A stretch of DNA of 45,787 nucleotides. Source: Desulfomonilia bacterium. GTDB lineage: Bacteria > Desulfobacterota > Desulfomonilia > UBA1062. The position numbers were made by a program, and so were the translations under genes. Below the pieces are notes generated by a model. It saw only the letters and a list, made by a program, of their open reading frames with translations. It made no database searches and had not been told where the DNA came from. Positions within the stretch are counted from its first letter, which is position 1, and every line of letters starts with the position of its first letter. The stretch spans positions 1-45,787 of the forward strand of contig JBEKDT010000024.1 of assembly GCA_050014195.1 (NCBI GenBank). The letters run 5' to 3'. Of this stretch, positions 41,995 to 45,787 are shown one piece after another.

Positions 41995-43065
41995 TCATGC
42001 CTCCGGGGCAAGGTATCGTTTTGTAAAAAATTCATTGATGTCGGGCGGTGGTATGATGGTTTCCCGCAGAACAAGAGCAACCGCCGTCGATGGACATGTC
42101 GGGACACAGATGCCGCAGCCGATGCAGCGGCCGGGATCTACCTGCGCATGTTCATCTTCCCCGACGGCAATGGCATCCATCGGGCATCTCTCTTCGCACG
42201 TGCCGCAGCCGATGCACACCTCTTCATCAACACAAGATACATAACTGGATGAAGATATCATTTTCAGGTCGAGCAGTTTCTGCGTCTGGAGGAAGACGCA
42301 GCAGCACCCGCAGCAGTTGCAGATCATGGATAAATACCCATCAAGGTTTTCACAGGAATGAACCAGCCCCTCCTTATCCGCTTCTTCCAGTATTGACAGC
42401 GCCTCATCCCGGGTTATCTCCCTGCCCATCCCCTGCTCAACAACGTAGCGCCCCATTTCATTGAAATGCAGACAGTTATCAAGAGAGTGATTACATCCCT
42501 TTCCCACATAGGACATCATCTGCCTGCACGGACACTTACTCACGGCAAAGTAGGAAAGACTGATCAATTTCTCCTTGAGCTTATCAAACGGGAGGATCTG
42601 TGACTTGTTCTTCAGCGACTGGTCAATGGGAATGACCCGTACGGCCGGGATGTTCCGGGCAAGCTCTTTGCCGAAGCCCTCATCGCGGTATTTGATCCAG
42701 AGCGGTGCGAGCTTGCGGGCCTTTTCCGTATCGATACCGGCCCAAAAAGGGGCTTCCGCAATACCTACCACCGTGGGCAGGAGACGATACTTCCTGTCCT
42801 TCCCGGGTTTCTGCTGGGTGAATACCGTCCCGTTTCTTGCCATGACGGTCAGGATAGATTCCAGGGATTCCGATTTATCCGGATATAATTTTTTGAGATC
42901 GTCAAGTGACTTGTTTTCAAAGGGAAGCTTGCATGCTATTTCTGCTTCCTCTTCAGGGAACATGATCTCAAGGATACCCATGAGCGACGGCGACATGGGT
43001 GCACCAATGATGCCCTGGTGCAAATGCCTGGCAAGGTTTTCATACAGAGTCTTTCTGCTGTCCAT
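41995..43065 (-). CDS. 4Fe-4S dicluster domain protein
   Basis: CPCR, ICNCCGCCC, CIGCGTCEERCP, CIGCGICVPTCP. Confidence 0.9.
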   Translation of the reverse strand: MDSRKTLYENLARHLHQGIIGAPMSPSLMGILEIMFPEEEAEIACKLPFENKSLDDLKKLYPDKSESLESILTVMARNGTVFTQQKPGKDRKYRLLPTVVGIAEAPFWAGIDTEKARKLAPLWIKYRDEGFGKELARNIPAVRVIPIDQSLKNKSQILPFDKLKEKLISLSYFAVSKCPCRQMMSYVGKGCNHSLDNCLHFNEMGRYVVEQGMGREITRDEALSILEEADKEGLVHSCENLDGYLSMICNCCGCCCVFLQTQKLLDLKMISSSSYVSCVDEEVCIGCGTCEERCPMDAIAVGEDEHAQVDPGRCIGCGICVPTCPSTAVALVLRETIIPPPDINEFFTKRYLAPEA

Positions 43066-43144
43066 ACGCACCCCTTTGGCGGAGAATTTGAATCATCACC
43101 TCTTCATAATCCAGACAGGTCTTCCGAATTACCTGCCCCATTGT

Positions 43145-43756
43145 TTAATGGGTTACCCTCTCCAGGGTTTTCCATTCTGCTTTCAGGATGTAGTCAAAAA
43201 TAAACCTTGCGTGTGTTTCGAGCGGCTCAGTGCTCTTCTCCACCTTCATGCTCATGAGTGCACCCTCCCAGCTGGATATCATGAAACGGGCCGTGTCCTG
43301 TGCATTCAGGGTTTTTGACAGGTGGCCTGACTCCCGGGCTTCTAGGAGAACATCCACAAACTGCCGGGCCATTGAATCAAGGGAGGTCTTGAGTTTTTCC
43401 CTGAATGCAGGGTTGACGTCACCCATCTCCTGGGCAAAGTTCCCGATCGGGCACCCCAGGGTGTAATCCGTTGACTCGAAGAACTCGATGAACCATCCGA
43501 GCAAAAGGCGTATTCTTTCTAAGGGTGGATGTGATTTGTCCCCAAGGAACTGATTGGAGATCTGCAAAAAGAACCCGACAAAATAATCGATGACCTGCAG
43601 GCCGAAATCCTCCTTGCTTTTAAAAAAGTTATAGAATGATCCTTTGGGGATTCCGGCCGTATCGAGAATTTCCTGTATGCCGGTATTATTGAAACCCTTC
43701 AGGTGCATGATCCGTGCACCCGTCATGATGAGTCTTTGTTTTGTATCCTCTTTCAT
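43145..43756 (-). CDS. TetR family regulator (NemR/LmrA-like)
   Basis: GF..TGIQEIL..AGIPKGSFY.FFKSKE HTH, GCPIGN..QEM, SWEGAL. Confidence 0.92.
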   Translation of the reverse strand: MKEDTKQRLIMTGARIMHLKGFNNTGIQEILDTAGIPKGSFYNFFKSKEDFGLQVIDYFVGFFLQISNQFLGDKSHPPLERIRLLLGWFIEFFESTDYTLGCPIGNFAQEMGDVNPAFREKLKTSLDSMARQFVDVLLEARESGHLSKTLNAQDTARFMISSWEGALMSMKVEKSTEPLETHARFIFDYILKAEWKTLERVTH

Positions 43757-43787
43757 ATGTCCCAAGGAGATGAATTTATCTATTAAT

Positions 43788-43812
43788 TAGACCGGTCGTT
43801 TTAATATGTCAA
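43788..43812 (-). promoter_or_regulatory. Probable TetR operator overlapping its own promoter
   Basis: TAGACCGGTCGTTTTA (43788-43803) resembles the TAGACC-N4-GGTCTA box of NemR-type regulators. TTGACA on the minus strand at 43812-43807. Confidence 0.55.
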
Positions 43813-44202
43813 GTTCATTCCCCCCTAGGACTACTTTGTCCGAAAGGTGGCTGCCTTGTTTGTCCCAGATGCATCATATTCTCAGGCAAGACCCGTGCGG
43901 GATATACTGATGTGATCTTCTTCTACCAGGCAGACCGATAACAGGAGAGATATTTCAGACGGACGGGCTCAGAACCCAGCCAAATCCCCCAAGGAACCTG
44001 TCAGAGATCACCTTAAAAACTATTCAATATCGGCTGAGCGGATATCCTTGGCACGTAAGTTACAATCAATGTTGTATTAAGACATACAAAATAACTTCAG
44101 TCACGACATTTTAGTCTCACCTATTTTACGTTATCCTTCACATTATTCCAAAGGTGATTATAATAATAACATTTACTCAATTCTTTAATATGGGGATATC
44201 TC

Positions 44203-45787
44203 ATGAAAGATGTCACTAAGACAAAAGGACAGCTCAGAGAAGAGTTGGCTATGGCGCACCAATTAAATGCTGAATTAAAAAATTCGGCATCAGAGCATAA
44301 ACGCATAGAGGAGGCAATCAAGGGGAGCGAAGAGCGCTACCGCAAACTTGTAGAGAATGCCCATGACGTGCTTTGGGTCTTTGATCTCAATCTAGGCTAT
44401 ACCTATGTAAGCCCATCAGTCAAACGCCTAAGGGGACACAGCGTTGAGGAGGCTATGAAACAGCGACTCGACCAAGTCCTGACGCCCGAGTCCTATAAGA
44501 AGGCCATGGAAATGTTTTGGGGAGAGCGGGATCTGGAGATGAGAGGACATCGGCACGGCCCTGATTGGTCACTCACCTCTGAGTTTGAAATGATCCACAA
44601 GGACGGTTCTACTTTCTGGGTAGAAATCACCATGAATCCTCTCCATGATGAGGCCGGTAGGATCAAAGGTATTATGGGGATCACCCGTGACATTTCCGAG
44701 CGTAAGCGGGTTGAAGAGACTTTGAATGACAGTGAGAAACGATACAGGTTACTGGCTGAAAATGCACGGGATGTCATCTGGGTCCTCGACGAGAACCTGA
44801 GATACAAGTATGTGAGCCCCTCTGTGAAGAAACTGAGGGCATATACACCGGAAGAAGCGATGATTCAGACCATAGATCAGGTCCTTACCCCGGATTCTTA
44901 CCAAACGGCCATGGACATATTTATTAAAGAGCTTGAGCTTGAGAAGAGCGGCAATAGGCATCTTCCTGGTTGGTCAATGACCCTTGAACTCGAATTGATC
45001 TGTAAGGATGGATCCACAGTTTGGACTGAGGTAAATATAAGTCTCATATATGATGAAGCAGGTAATCCAACAGGGATTCTTGGGATAACTCGCGACATCA
45101 GTGAGCGCAAAAAGGCTGAGGAGGAACTAAAGAAACACCGTGATGACCTTGAAGACTTGTTTAAGGCTCGCACAGCTGAACTTGTTAAAGCAAATGAGCA
45201 GCTGAAAAAGGAAATACAAGAGCGCAAACAGGCTGAAGAAGCACTACGCGAGAGTACAGAAAAATACCGCATCCATTTTTCTTTAGCCAATGATGTCATG
45301 TTCTCCTACGATCACCTGTACAGGGTCCTCAGCGTCTCACCTAATGTGGAGAGGCTCCTTGGTTACAAGCCTGAGGAACTGATAGGAAAGACCTTTCAAG
45401 ATCTCAATGTCCTGCACCCTGATTACATGGGCGAAGCGGTCGACAACGCCATGCATGTTCTTTCCGGTGAAACAATCTATTCTTCAATCTATGAGTTTAT
45501 CACCAGGGATGGGACAAGGAAATTTGGTGAGGTGAGCGGTGTCCCCCTCATACGCGAGGGTCAGGTGGCCGGGGTAATCTCTGTAGCCAGGGACGTCACA
45601 GAGCGCATTGAAATGGCAAACTCGATTCAGGAGAGCGAGGAAAGATATCGCATTACCCTCCAGAGCATGCCGGATGCTGTGAGTATCATAAAAACTGAGG
45701 ATGCCAAATATCTCTATGTGAATGATGCCTTCTGCAAGATTACCGGGTATACACTGGAAGAAGTCAAAGGGAAAACACTCTTTGATT
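44203..45787 (+). CDS. Cytoplasmic multi-PAS sensor protein, 3'-partial
   Basis: Manual translation from ATG 44203: MKDVTKTKGQLREEL..., SEERYRKLVENAHDVLW, RDISERK repeats, coiled-coil ARTAELVKANEQLKKEIQERK. At least three complete PAS domains and a fourth starting. Open to the window end. Confidence 0.88.
   Translation, partial: MKDVTKTKGQLREELAMAHQLNAELKNSASEHKRIEEAIKGSEERYRKLVENAHDVLWVFDLNLGYTYVSPSVKRLRGHSVEEAMKQRLDQVLTPESYKKAMEMFWGERDLEMRGHRHGPDWSLTSEFEMIHKDGSTFWVEITMNPLHDEAGRIKGIMGITRDISERKRVEETLNDSEKRYRLLAENARDVIWVLDENLRYKYVSPSVKKLRAYTPEEAMIQTIDQVLTPDSYQTAMDIFIKELELEKSGNRHLPGWSMTLELELICKDGSTVWTEVNISLIYDEAGNPTGILGITRDISERKKAEEELKKHRDDLEDLFKARTAELVKANEQLKKEIQERKQAEEALRESTEKYRIHFSLANDVMFSYDHLYRVLSVSPNVERLLGYKPEELIGKTFQDLNVLHPDYMGEAVDNAMHVLSGETIYSSIYEFITRDGTRKFGEVSGVPLIREGQVAGVISVARDVTERIEMANSIQESEERYRITLQSMPDAVSIIKTEDAKYLYVNDAFCKITGYTLEEVKGKTLFD

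Overview
This window is bacterial DNA whose gene content and multi-PAS sensors suggest an anaerobic deltaproteobacterium-like organism (inference). From left to right it holds: a partial multi-PAS sensor gene; an ORF-less group IIB intron whose EBS1/EBS2 match its current insertion site; RNase P RNA; a hypothetical protein; folD-gcvT-gcvH-gcvPA-gcvPB followed by an ECF sigma/anti-sigma pair; envelope genes (DedA-PAP2, an HExxH/PD40/beta-barrel protein, MlaE-F-D-PqiC); a B12-radical SAM enzyme; a Cus-type RND system with an in-frame amber stop in cusA; a large sulfur cluster (rrf2, iscS, an internally deleted iscU, nadA, fdhD, two metY, two cysK, a cystathionine gamma-synthase/lyase gene); ArsR and TetR modules; and a second partial multi-PAS gene. 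The most notable signal is a 33-codon leader ORF upstream of the second metY, absent from the ORF track. It carries eight consecutive Met/Cys codons (MCCCMCMC) and is followed by mutually exclusive antiterminator and terminator hairpins, making it a candidate ribosome-mediated Cys/Met attenuator. It sits under a repeated CTA-N9-TAG operator found at four sulfur-gene promoters. All calls come from reading the sequence by eye; no searches or folding programs were run.
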